Shown here: one piece after another, positions 1-8,644 of the stretch
Position numbering within the stretch: the first letter of the stretch is position 1
How the letters are laid out: each line of letters opens with the position of its first letter
IMG/VR virus record: IMGVR_UViG_3300017917_003822
Location: 206,630 to 270,629 of that record
DNA length: 64,000 nt
Strand: one strand, 5' to 3'
Origin: a virus
Notes under the pieces: model-generated
Told to the model about the DNA's origin: nothing
The model's input: the letters and a program-made list of their open reading frames with translations, nothing else
The model's database searches: none
Program-made: the position numbers and the translations under genes

Positions 1-692
1 GATTTTCAGAAAAACTGAGACAGTATTTTGTAACTGAGGATTTTGTAAAAGATTCCGAGTATGCTAAAGTGATAGCATGGAGAAATAAAACGGTAGCAAC
101 TATGAACAACATCATCAGAAAAACAATCTATGGAGACGTTGCGGAGGGTACTAAAATTCTGGAAGGTGAAAAACTTATCGCCAACAACCCAGTCATCGAA
201 GACAAGATTATTATATTGAATACCAATGATGAGTTTACTGTTGAGCGTTACACTATAGAAAAGGACACAGCAAGATTTGTTATTGATGATCATCCCGATG
301 CGGAACCACTGTCAGTTGAATTAAACTATTATGACACGGAGGTAAGTTACCTGAATGATGCAGATGAGGTTGTTAAGGTCTGGATTAAGATACTACATGA
401 GAGTAGTGAGGTTGAATTTCAGAAGGTTGCTAACATTCTTAAACTTCGAGCAATACAGAAGAGAGGAAAGGATAAATCTTGGCTTCATTATTATAACTTT
501 CTAAGAAGATTTGCTGATGTAAATTACGCTTATGCAATCACCGCACACAAATCCCAAGGAAGTACATATAACACAACATTCGTTCTGGAGGATGATATTG
601 ATATGAATCTGGACATAGTGGAAAGAAACAGAATCAAATATACAGCCTATACAAGAGCGAGTAGAAAGCTCTATGTTCTAAAGAGATTCTAG
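1..692 (+). CDS. SF1 helicase (Dda/RecD-like), C-terminal part; 5' end lies outside window
   Basis: Frame is open from nt 3 with no upstream stop. Motif AITAHKSQGSTYNTTFV matches helicase motif VI (HKSQG). Confidence 0.5.
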   Translation, partial: FSEKLRQYFVTEDFVKDSEYAKVIAWRNKTVATMNNIIRKTIYGDVAEGTKILEGEKLIANNPVIEDKIIILNTNDEFTVERYTIEKDTARFVIDDHPDAEPLSVELNYYDTEVSYLNDADEVVKVWIKILHESSEVEFQKVANILKLRAIQKRGKDKSWLHYYNFLRRFADVNYAYAITAHKSQGSTYNTTFVLEDDIDMNLDIVERNRIKYTAYTRASRKLYVLKRF

Positions 693-696
693 TTAT

Positions 697-727
697 TTTT
701 TTTATCCGGGATTATTTGATAGATTTG
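697..727 (+). promoter_or_regulatory. recurring promoter-like motif copy 1
   Basis: TTTTTTTT-ATCCGGG-N9-TAGATTTG, ~22 nt upstream of ATG 750. Confidence 0.4.
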
Positions 728-749
728 TAATGTTTAAAAAAATAACAAG

Positions 750-998
750 ATGGCATCAAATCATTATGACGTGAATCACGAGGTTGAAATAAAAATTAAG
801 GTTAAAATTAAGGCCCTTCATAATTATCGTGATCTTGACGAGGAAGGAAAGAAGAAAGCTATAGATTCAGTTGTTGACGATCTACCATCCATAGTGGTGC
901 ACAGTCTGAATAATCATAATAGATTTGTCAGTTATGGAGATCATCTGGGGTACAAAGATTCTGCAGATAGCTACACATTGGAAGCTGAAGAAATATAA
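750..998 (+). CDS. hypothetical protein
   Basis: 82-aa ORF directly downstream of promoter motif 697-727. Confidence 0.35.
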   Translation: MASNHYDVNHEVEIKIKVKIKALHNYRDLDEEGKKKAIDSVVDDLPSIVVHSLNNHNRFVSYGDHLGYKDSADSYTLEAEEI

Positions 999-1011
999 AA
1001 AAAAATAAACT

Positions 1012-1470
1012 ATGTTATCGGATTTATCAAGAGGAGAAGAAAATGTATTAAAAAGCATCAGAAACTCCGAAAAGTATCAGGAAAAAAAATTCTCGGACAA
1101 CTATTTTAAGTTGTCAGGAGAAATGGGAAGGGTTGTGGAGGCTGCCAAAATATACATCCTGGACAACTTCCGAAAGGTTGATGACTATTCGGATCTTTCC
1201 ATGATGCTCAGATGTGCAAACCATAAGGGAACCATTTATATTGGTAAGAAGGAGAATAAAAAAAGAAGTAAATCCAACATCATCGATAAGATGTTGTCTG
1301 AATTGAATGAGATAACGATCGAGGTTTCGTCTTTTGATGATGCAGTTTACGATTGGAGCGACGGAGATTTTTCAATCGTTTTAAATGGGGTTGGATACAA
1401 TTGGATAGATCCACTTTCCATCATCAACATAGCGGACCACATAGAAAGCAAACTAGATGAAAACAATTAG
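1012..1470 (+). CDS. hypothetical protein
   Basis: 152-aa ORF, tight spacing with neighbours. Confidence 0.4.
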   Translation: MLSDLSRGEENVLKSIRNSEKYQEKKFSDNYFKLSGEMGRVVEAAKIYILDNFRKVDDYSDLSMMLRCANHKGTIYIGKKENKKRSKSNIIDKMLSELNEITIEVSSFDDAVYDWSDGDFSIVLNGVGYNWIDPLSIINIADHIESKLDENN

Positions 1471-1798
1471 ATTCTATCGAAAAGATACCAGATGGTATGC
1501 TCATTTACCCGAGTACATTGATCAGGGCGGAACTGAGGAGGAATGTGAGATGGTCTCTGGTGCCGACGATTGGTTGGATCGCATTTCAAATTACTCAGAT
1601 TCTGTGGTTCTGAATTTATCGGACAAGGACCCTCTATCAGAAAAAATAGTTCTCTACGAGAAGGATGAATTTGGTGCAACATATGTGGCACATAGCTATA
1701 AAGAGGAGGATATCAACCAGATCATGTGGCTTTGTCCGGTGACTGTTTATGTTTTTGGTTGCTATCCTGAAGTTATTTATTACAGTATTAAAAGATGA
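1457..1798 (+). CDS. hypothetical protein
   Basis: 113-aa ORF, ATGA overlap with the next gene. Confidence 0.35.
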   Translation: MKTIRFYRKDTRWYAHLPEYIDQGGTEEECEMVSGADDWLDRISNYSDSVVLNLSDKDPLSEKIVLYEKDEFGATYVAHSYKEEDINQIMWLCPVTVYVFGCYPEVIYYSIKR

Positions 1799-2043
1799 GA
1801 ATAAAAGCAATTTACAGAAAAAACCTGAAAATGAGCGAGGGGAAGCTCGCCGCACAGATAGCCCACGCAGTTAAGAACCTAGGAGAAACCCCGAGGGATT
1901 GCGATATAGTCGTTCTAAAGGTTTCAGATAAAAAGTTTGACGAGATGGTTTCGGAGCATGATTGTTACGTTCAGATAGACAAGGGTCTAACTGAGGTAGA
2001 ATCAGGAACTAGAACAGCGGCAGCCTGGATAGAAATAAAATAA
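1795..2043 (+). CDS. minimal PTH2-family (archaeal/eukaryotic type) peptidyl-tRNA hydrolase
   Basis: NLKMSEGKLAAQIAHAV, IVVLKV and DKGLTEVESGTRTAAAW align with PTH2 motifs (DLKMGKGKxAAQxxHA ... DAGLTQxxPGTxTVLAIGP). Only 82 aa. Confidence 0.55.
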   Translation: MRIKAIYRKNLKMSEGKLAAQIAHAVKNLGETPRDCDIVVLKVSDKKFDEMVSEHDCYVQIDKGLTEVESGTRTAAAWIEIK

Positions 2044-2055
2044 CCAACAAGAGAA

Positions 2056-2364
2056 ATGAGCATATTGTCAAAGATTTTTGGGACGAAAAAAGAGGCCGAA
2101 GGTGAAATTAAAATCGAGATACCAGAGGAGGTAATCTTCAAGAAAAAAGAAGTTTCCGAATGGGTAGAATTCAAGAAACAAAAACCTCCCCACGAAGTTG
2201 TTTTAGCTGCCTGTGATACGTATGATTGCGGATGGGTGATGGATACCGCTTGGTGGGATGTTAATAAAAAATGTTGGAGAACCACGGGAGCGATTAAATC
2301 AAAAAGAGCACATTTAGAATACACCCATTGGAGAAGACTTCCAGTTTCACCAGATGGAAATTAA
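2056..2364 (+). CDS. hypothetical protein
   Basis: 102-aa ORF. Confidence 0.35.
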   Translation: MSILSKIFGTKKEAEGEIKIEIPEEVIFKKKEVSEWVEFKKQKPPHEVVLAACDTYDCGWVMDTAWWDVNKKCWRTTGAIKSKRAHLEYTHWRRLPVSPDGN

Positions 2365-2388
2365 TAACATAATAAAGGAGACAAGATC

Positions 2389-2688
2389 ATGGATTTATCA
2401 ACTTACAAATTTCCGGAAGTAACCGGTGCAGACCTAGCATTTCCGACATTCGACACAACAAAGGAGCTAGTAGATGAAGCAAAAAGAAGGAACCCTGTGA
2501 AGGGTATGAAAAAGTTTTCCGAACTATTCTACAGCGGAGGAGAAATAAAACTAAAGGAAGACGTAAAGGGCACATGGAAAGAAAACGCCTATCTTTATGC
2601 AAGAGCACTGATGGGGAGCTGGGCACCTAAACACGAGAACAAGGAGTTGGTTGTAGGCATGATTTTCGAAGAATGTCTAGTTCTTTAG
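2389..2688 (+). CDS. hypothetical protein
   Basis: 99-aa ORF. Confidence 0.35.
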   Translation: MDLSTYKFPEVTGADLAFPTFDTTKELVDEAKRRNPVKGMKKFSELFYSGGEIKLKEDVKGTWKENAYLYARALMGSWAPKHENKELVVGMIFEECLVL

Positions 2689-2692
2689 TGGT

Positions 2693-3481
2693 ATGAGCGA
2701 GAGTAAATCTCTATTTAAGGCCTTTATCAGGGTGGTAAAATCCATCTCGGAAAGGGATAATTATTTCCTTGGTGGATTTGGTGCGGTTGAGGTTGTGAGA
2801 GAACCTCTAATAGAGGCCAAAGACAAATCTGAGGTTAAGAAGATATTACTGGAGAGATATCCCCAATTTTTTACCAACGGTAAAGTCCACGAAAGAGAAA
2901 CTAAGGATAATGCTCAATTTTTCTATGTTGTAATATACCCTCTATACGAATGGGAGAAAAAACAAATCGAAGAGGGAGAATGGATATGTGAAAGTTGTGG
3001 ACATATTCATGAAAATCAATATCTGTCAAAACCAAGAATTAACGAGAGGTTATTTGGAACAGATAAGCTCTTCTGTAGGAGTGACGAGGATCTTTGTCTG
3101 GAGAATTACAAGAAGGAATATTATAAGGATGTAGATCTTCCAGATGATCTAGCATACATCAAAAAAGATAGTCCAAATTACATCTATAAATGTACGGAGA
3201 AAGCAACAGGTAAAAGCTACATAGGTAAAACTAGAAATGCTCCATTCTTTAGATGGTGGAATCACCTAACGCACTCAAGCAGTCCCTTTGGAATTTATCT
3301 AAGACAAACCAAATTGAGTGATTGGACTTTCGAAGTTCTTGAGGAGCTGCCAGGAAATATTGATGAGAGCGAAGTTTTTAGAATAGAATCTGAGTACATA
3401 ATGAAATACGATAGCATTCAGAATGGCTATAATACGGTAATTAGTAATAAGAAGGTTCTGGCTGATAACAACGATAACTAA
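2693..3481 (+). CDS. GIY-YIG nuclease domain protein (possible free-standing homing endonuclease) with N-terminal CxxC region
   Basis: C-terminal YIYKCTEKATGKSYIGKT...R..W.H...E...NGYN is the GIY-YIG signature. CESCGH lies upstream. Confidence 0.6.
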   Translation: MSESKSLFKAFIRVVKSISERDNYFLGGFGAVEVVREPLIEAKDKSEVKKILLERYPQFFTNGKVHERETKDNAQFFYVVIYPLYEWEKKQIEEGEWICESCGHIHENQYLSKPRINERLFGTDKLFCRSDEDLCLENYKKEYYKDVDLPDDLAYIKKDSPNYIYKCTEKATGKSYIGKTRNAPFFRWWNHLTHSSSPFGIYLRQTKLSDWTFEVLEELPGNIDESEVFRIESEYIMKYDSIQNGYNTVISNKKVLADNNDN

Positions 3482-3532
3482 CTTTTTGTAGCTTGTTTCA
3501 GTTGCAAATTATTAGCTAAACATGTAAAAATT

Positions 3533-3724
3533 ATGGATAAGTGGAATTACGATAAAAGAGTTAGAGAATTATCTCAAAAAATTGAACAGTATAAAATACA
3601 CGCTAAACGTGAAATTGAAAACAATAAAGTTTGTCATCCAAGCAAAGTGAGAAATAATTCTCAACGATATTTGGAAATCTGTAAACAAAGGTATAAGGAT
3701 TTTACAGGTGAGGACTATGAATAA
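3533..3724 (+). CDS. hypothetical protein (AT-rich island)
   Basis: 63-aa ORF in the compositionally distinct 3.5-4.9 kb island. Confidence 0.3.
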   Translation: MDKWNYDKRVRELSQKIEQYKIHAKREIENNKVCHPSKVRNNSQRYLEICKQRYKDFTGEDYE

Positions 3725-3799
3725 TTTTTATTGCTTATAACGTTCCCACGCTTGGCGAAGTGGCGGATGTAAAGCACTAAATTTTTAATTAAACAAATT

Positions 3800-4018
3800 A
3801 TGAAAAAGAACAAAACTCGAAATATAGACAAACAACTTCAAAAATTGTTATATGAACAATATGGTGAAGAATACACTCAATGGTATATGAAAACTTTTGA
3901 TGTTAAATTATATTTTGATGGAGCGGAAACATCAGATAGAGGTTATTTAACAGATAGAGAGTTTGACGAATGGAAAGAAGAAAAATGGAAACAATTTTTG
4001 TCCAAGTATGGTTATTAA
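3800..4018 (+). CDS. hypothetical protein (AT-rich island)
   Basis: 72-aa ORF preceded by the TATAACGTT...CTAAATTT motif. Confidence 0.3.
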   Translation: MKKNKTRNIDKQLQKLLYEQYGEEYTQWYMKTFDVKLYFDGAETSDRGYLTDREFDEWKEEKWKQFLSKYGY

Positions 4019-4114
4019 AAATTTATTATATATAACGTTTTCCGTGTATAATAAGTGGCGTACACGATAAACCAAGCCACTAAATTTAAAAATTAACTTT
4101 AAAATACAAAACAA

Positions 4115-4399
4115 ATGAAAAATTTAAAACTTAGAAGCCATTTTTTATACACGTTGTTATGTGTAGTTTTTTTAACATCTTGTAATTGTGATAAACAAAA
4201 AAAAGAAATTATTATTGAAGAAAATAATCATCAAGAAGATTATTACATTTACAATGATACATTACAAAATAATGCAATTCAAGAAAAAAATAATAGTAGC
4301 GGTGTAGGTATCACAACAAGTAGTAAATTAGGTGTAGAAGTAACAGAAGGTGTTTATATTAATTCAAGCGGTGAGTTAGAATTAGGATTTGGTTTGTAA
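4115..4399 (+). CDS. putative lipoprotein
   Basis: N-terminus MKNLKLRSHFLYTLLCVVFLTSC: signal peptide plus lipobox Cys, Bacteroidetes style. Confidence 0.45.
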   Translation: MKNLKLRSHFLYTLLCVVFLTSCNCDKQKKEIIIEENNHQEDYYIYNDTLQNNAIQEKNNSSGVGITTSSKLGVEVTEGVYINSSGELELGFGL

Positions 4400-4474
4400 A
4401 ATTACACATAACGGTTTGCGTATTGGCGTTGTTGCCAATACTGATGTTAAATTGAAAAACTAAATTTGAAATAT

Positions 4475-4723
4475 ATGGAAAATGACAATATGAAACAAGA
4501 AGGCAATAACGCTAATACGCTGTTATCGGCAGTTGTTGTTCATCCACATCCGATAATTGAAATGCAAATAAAGAACTTTAAAAAAGATGAAGTTGGCTAC
4601 ATCGCTGAATGTATTTTATACAACAAAGAATTTAAAGAAGTAGAAAGCTCATTCTTTATTGACGAATATAGAGCCAACGAAATCATTGATTTAATGCAGA
4701 CGTTTTTGAACAATTGCCGATAA
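4475..4723 (+). CDS. hypothetical protein
   Basis: Track start 4466 is TTG. First ATG at 4475 gives MENDNMKQ... Confidence 0.3.
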   Translation: MENDNMKQEGNNANTLLSAVVVHPHPIIEMQIKNFKKDEVGYIAECILYNKEFKEVESSFFIDEYRANEIIDLMQTFLNNCR

Positions 4724-4724
4724 A

Positions 4725-4907
4725 AAATATATTGATAATACTTCATCTATACACACTTTAAGACATTCATCATTTACAAATTTACTAGAATCTGGAACAG
4801 ATTTAAGGATAATTCAAAAAATTGCGGGACATTCAAGTTCCAAAACAACAGAAATCTACACCCATGTTTCGAATAATATCCTAAATAAAGTAAAACTTCC
4901 GATTTAA
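4725..4907 (+). pseudogene. remnant of tyrosine recombinase/integrase (C-terminal box II only, no start codon)
   Basis: Frame translates ...[52 protein letters not shown]. This is the HxxR...Y catalytic C-terminus of XerC/D-like integrases. No ATG in frame, and the catalytic N-terminal ~250 aa is absent. Confidence 0.6.
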
Positions 4908-4939
4908 TTTTTTTATGTCGAGATAATTAATTACTTTTG
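4908..4939 (+). promoter_or_regulatory. promoter-like motif copy 2
   Basis: TTTTTTT-ATGTCGAG-N9-TACTTTTG, upstream of 4972. Confidence 0.4.
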
Positions 4940-4971
4940 TTTTCTTAATAATCCACTATAAATCATAAAAA

Positions 4972-5541
4972 ATGGGACTAGATATCACGGTTTATAAACC
5001 AATTAAAGTAAAGGAGGAGGATTTTCAAAAGATTGAGGATTTTTTAAACATCGAAGACCACCCGGAACTTTCAGTGTTTTCTGATTTTATATTCGAGAAA
5101 GAAAACGAATACTATGATCTTGAAAACGAAGCCAGAGATCTGGGTTACAATCTTGAGGATTTAATCTGGACCGGAACATCTTTTGGACCGGAATCTGCTT
5201 ACACTTTCAAAGATAGTGATGGAAATGATGTTAAAATTATCATCACAAAAACAATCAAGAAAATTGATAAGTGTATTGCCATCGAGGAGGTTGGGTATCA
5301 GAGAAAAGGTGCGAATAAAAAATTCTATGAAGATAAGATATGGGACAGTCCATGTGTTATAGATCAGAAGACACTAAACAATCACTGGGAGACTTACTTT
5401 TCAAACCAAACCCCCGAGAGCAAAGGTGGATGGGGAAGCGGGGTTGAATATGAACAGGATGATGAGACCATGAGAAAAAACTTTAAGAAAAATATCATAG
5501 ATAAATTCATCGAGGGGGAAACTTTTGTCATATATCATTAG
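4972..5541 (+). CDS. hypothetical protein
   Basis: 189-aa ORF downstream of promoter motif 4908-4939. Confidence 0.4.
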   Translation: MGLDITVYKPIKVKEEDFQKIEDFLNIEDHPELSVFSDFIFEKENEYYDLENEARDLGYNLEDLIWTGTSFGPESAYTFKDSDGNDVKIIITKTIKKIDKCIAIEEVGYQRKGANKKFYEDKIWDSPCVIDQKTLNNHWETYFSNQTPESKGGWGSGVEYEQDDETMRKNFKKNIIDKFIEGETFVIYH

Positions 5542-5550
5542 GAGAGCTTT

Positions 5551-5775
5551 ATGAAAAATGAAACTATTATAAAAAAGGTTTTTAAGGAATTTGGTGAGAA
5601 CTTTAATGACTTAACAGGTAGTCAATTATTAGCTATTGATGAGTGTATGTTATTAGCAAGACAAGACAAAGCCAATAGAGTAATTAAAGAAATTGAAAAT
5701 CGCACTAATAAAGTGGGTTGTTTTTGGGCTGATGAGGAAAGAACGAAAAAAATAATCCATGGATACGGGAATTAA
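5551..5775 (+). CDS. hypothetical protein
   Basis: 74-aa ORF. Confidence 0.35.
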   Translation: MKNETIIKKVFKEFGENFNDLTGSQLLAIDECMLLARQDKANRVIKEIENRTNKVGCFWADEERTKKIIHGYGN

Positions 5776-5783
5776 GTAATATT

Positions 5784-6053
5784 ATGAGAGTTGGAGATTT
5801 ATATGAAATGGGATTCTTTCATAGAGATGGCAATTATGCAACATCCAAATGGATAGTTAAAGATGATGGATGGGGTGAAAATAGTTCAGCAACCATACAA
5901 TATAGACCAGGAAATGGGATCGTTTTGAATAGCGGAGACGATGTAGATTTTAGCAGATTTTCCCTCTGTATTTATGGTAATTCATCATGTCCCAGTATAC
6001 CAGTAAAAATAAGATCCAAGGAGGACCTGATTCAGCTGGAGAGATTCTTCTAA
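5784..6053 (+). CDS. hypothetical protein
   Basis: 89-aa ORF. Confidence 0.35.
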   Translation: MRVGDLYEMGFFHRDGNYATSKWIVKDDGWGENSSATIQYRPGNGIVLNSGDDVDFSRFSLCIYGNSSCPSIPVKIRSKEDLIQLERFF

Positions 6054-6065
6054 AAAAAATATGCT

Positions 6066-6530
6066 ATGGAAAGAAAAACATCAAAAGAATGGTATGATTT
6101 AATACCGGATGAATATGGATTAAAAATACTAGATCCAGATGGATGGGATAGAGAAAATTTCCAGATTTCTTTTTATGAGGAACTGATAACAAGGGAGGAG
6201 TTCAAAAATAGAATATCACTTTCCACGATTCAATGTAAAAAAATTAATTTCCTCGATGATGTCACATATAAGGGGAGTTCTCTAAATGGGCACACCATAG
6301 AAGACATTAAGGCAGAAATTTCAAAGTCCACAGGTTACGATCCTTCAAATATTAGATTATTTGGTTCAAGAATAACGGGTGGTTGGAACGATCATTCGGA
6401 TCTTGATGTCGCTATAATGGACGAAAATAAAGTTCATTTGTGTTTATCCAGTGTAAACTATCTTGGATTAAACTGTGAGATCCGATTTGTTGAAGATTTT
6501 GAGGTCTCCTGGTTAAAGGATTCAGTTTAA
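6066..6530 (+). CDS. minimal nucleotidyltransferase (Pol-beta superfamily) domain protein
   Basis: LFGSRITGGWNDHSDLDVAI matches the hG[GS]x(9-13)DhD nucleotidyltransferase motif. Confidence 0.5.
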   Translation: MERKTSKEWYDLIPDEYGLKILDPDGWDRENFQISFYEELITREEFKNRISLSTIQCKKINFLDDVTYKGSSLNGHTIEDIKAEISKSTGYDPSNIRLFGSRITGGWNDHSDLDVAIMDENKVHLCLSSVNYLGLNCEIRFVEDFEVSWLKDSV

Positions 6531-6552
6531 TTAACAATAAACCACAAATTTA

Positions 6553-6585
6553 ATTTTTTTATCCCGAAATAATTTACTATGTTTG
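6553..6585 (+). promoter_or_regulatory. promoter-like motif copy 3
   Basis: TTTTTTT-ATCCCGA-N10-TATGTTTG, upstream of rnlA. Confidence 0.4.
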
Positions 6586-6603
6586 CGTCTATAATCCTTA
6601 GAG

Positions 6604-7683
6604 ATGAAATACGACATAAACATATTAAATAGCTATATTGATAATGGGCTGCTGGAAAAAAACCCACATCCAACATTACCTCTCGATATCTACAACTACT
6701 CCCGGGAGTGCCAATTTTCACGTCATTGGGATGAGATAACCCTCAACATGAGGGGCACAGTCTTAGACAGAGATGGAAATGTAGTAGCAAGAACATTTTC
6801 AAAATTCTTCAATCTGGAAGAACATCAACCCGAAGAAATTCCAAATGAATCATTTGACGTTTTTGAAAAAATGGATGGTTCACTGGGTATTTTATTTAAT
6901 TACAACGATCAGTGGATATTTGCAACTAAGGGATCATTCTCGTCAGATCAATCAATCAGAGGTAAGGAAATTTTGGAGAAGTACGACTATCAAAGTCTAG
7001 CGAAAGATTGCACATATTTATTCGAGATCATATATCCAGAAAATAGAATTGTCGTCAGCTACGATTTCGAAGATCTAGTACTATTAGCAATCATCAATAA
7101 CGAGGATGGCTATGAATATGACATACACTCGGAGGAGGCGCTTTCTGATGTACTGGATATCAAGGGTTTTAGAATTGTTAAAAAATACCATGGAGTTCAG
7201 GACTATAAGGAGCTTAAGAAAATCATAGATAACAATGCAGAGGGATTCGTCATCAGATTCAAATCTGGTTTCAGAATGAAGATCAAAGGGGAAGAGTATG
7301 TTAGACTCCATCGGCTTCTAACAAACTTCTCGAACATTGACATCTGGGAACTTTTGAAGAATGGGGAGGATCTTGGTAATTTTCTGGACAGAGTTCCTGA
7401 TGAATTTGATCTCTGGGTCAAGAATATTATCTCAGATCTAAGAAGACAGTACCTGGTAATCGAGGAATCAGCACATGAGGTCCATTCATCATTCTTTGTT
7501 GCGAGACCAGATTTTTCGAGAGAAGCGGGAAAGAAAGAATATGCTCTGTGGGTTAAAGAACAAGAAAAGAATTTGCAAGGTATATTATTTTGTCTGTATG
7601 ACGAGAAAAGGTATTCGGATCACATTTGGAAAATGATAAGACCGAAATACCAAAAACCATTTTGGAACAAAATTGAGGATTGA
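6604..7683 (+). CDS. rnlA: ATP-dependent RNA ligase, T4 RnlA (Rnl1) family
   Basis: MRGTVLDRDGNVVARTFSKFFNLEE and FEKMDGSLGILF...ATKGSFSSDQ align with T4 Rnl1 (ECRGIMFEMDGE...EKFFNLNE; TKEDGSL...SKGSIKSEQ). Motif I is KxDGS, motif IV is EGFVIR. Confidence 0.8.
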   Translation: MKYDINILNSYIDNGLLEKNPHPTLPLDIYNYSRECQFSRHWDEITLNMRGTVLDRDGNVVARTFSKFFNLEEHQPEEIPNESFDVFEKMDGSLGILFNYNDQWIFATKGSFSSDQSIRGKEILEKYDYQSLAKDCTYLFEIIYPENRIVVSYDFEDLVLLAIINNEDGYEYDIHSEEALSDVLDIKGFRIVKKYHGVQDYKELKKIIDNNAEGFVIRFKSGFRMKIKGEEYVRLHRLLTNFSNIDIWELLKNGEDLGNFLDRVPDEFDLWVKNIISDLRRQYLVIEESAHEVHSSFFVARPDFSREAGKKEYALWVKEQEKNLQGILFCLYDEKRYSDHIWKMIRPKYQKPFWNKIED

Positions 7684-8326
7684 TATGAAAATTATATTAG
7701 AAAAAAACCAGAATTTATATTTCACGAGTGATACACACTATAATCACTCCAATATTTGCCGGGGAACGTCAAATTGGCCAGGCGGAAGAGGAACCCGAAA
7801 TTTCCATTCACTTGGAGAGATGAACGATGCCATAGTCTCTGGGATCAATTCTATTGTAGGTCCTGACGATTATCTTGTTCATATGGGAGATTGGAGCTTT
7901 GGTGGATTTGAATCTATCATAGAATTCAGAAAAAGAATAGCATGTAAGAACATTATTCTTTTCCTCGGGAATCACGATCATCATATCAGAAACAATAAGG
8001 AAGGTGTTCAAGGATACTTTAGAAAAGTTTCAAGCTACGATGTACTGGATATTAGAAGACCGGAAGGAAAGGAAACTGCTAAATATCAATTTGTATGTTG
8101 TCACTTTCCCATAGCAAGTTGGGACGGCATGAACAAGAAGGTTCCACATCTACATGGTCACGTTCACTTGCCTCCAAATTTAAAAATTCACGAGGGGAGA
8201 GCAATGGACGTTGGAGTAGATGGAAACAATCTACAACCCTACAGCTTAAATGAAATATTAAAGATCATGAAGGATCGTCCAATTAAACATTTGACTTTAC
8301 CAAAAGACCATCACACAGAGGAATAG
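7673..8326 (+). CDS. calcineurin-like metallophosphoesterase (candidate RNA-end healing phosphatase)
   Basis: SDTHYNH, HMGDWSFGG and GNHDHH are metallophosphoesterase motifs. Position between ligase and kinase. Confidence 0.65.
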   Translation: MRIDMKIILEKNQNLYFTSDTHYNHSNICRGTSNWPGGRGTRNFHSLGEMNDAIVSGINSIVGPDDYLVHMGDWSFGGFESIIEFRKRIACKNIILFLGNHDHHIRNNKEGVQGYFRKVSSYDVLDIRRPEGKETAKYQFVCCHFPIASWDGMNKKVPHLHGHVHLPPNLKIHEGRAMDVGVDGNNLQPYSLNEILKIMKDRPIKHLTLPKDHHTEE

Positions 8327-8470
8327 TATGGAAGTAAATGTGGCACAAAGGAGGTTTTGTATCTGGAGATTAGAATTGTGGTGGATCGCTTTTGATTTGC
8401 ACCAATTTCATCCGGAAGGTAGGGTTCATTTAAGAGGTAACTGGTTCTGGAGAATATAAAAACAAGAGAA

Positions 8471-8644
8471 ATGATAACACAAGAAATTTTAAACACTTTT
8501 GTCTTCGATACAATCGGGGGAGAAAAATTTGGGGTCAATGATCCAATAGCTCATGATGAGATTATTGGATACTATCCATCGAGAGAGGAAGCAGAAAAAG
8601 CTTTCATTGAGTACGTAGAAAAAGAAGGTATAATATTCGAATAA
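8471..8644 (+). CDS. small hypothetical protein (57 aa, below ORF-track cutoff)
   Basis: ATG at 8471. Stop overlaps the next start (TAATG). MITQEILNTFVFDTIGGEKFG... Confidence 0.25.
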   Translation: MITQEILNTFVFDTIGGEKFGVNDPIAHDEIIGYYPSREEAEKAFIEYVEKEGIIFE

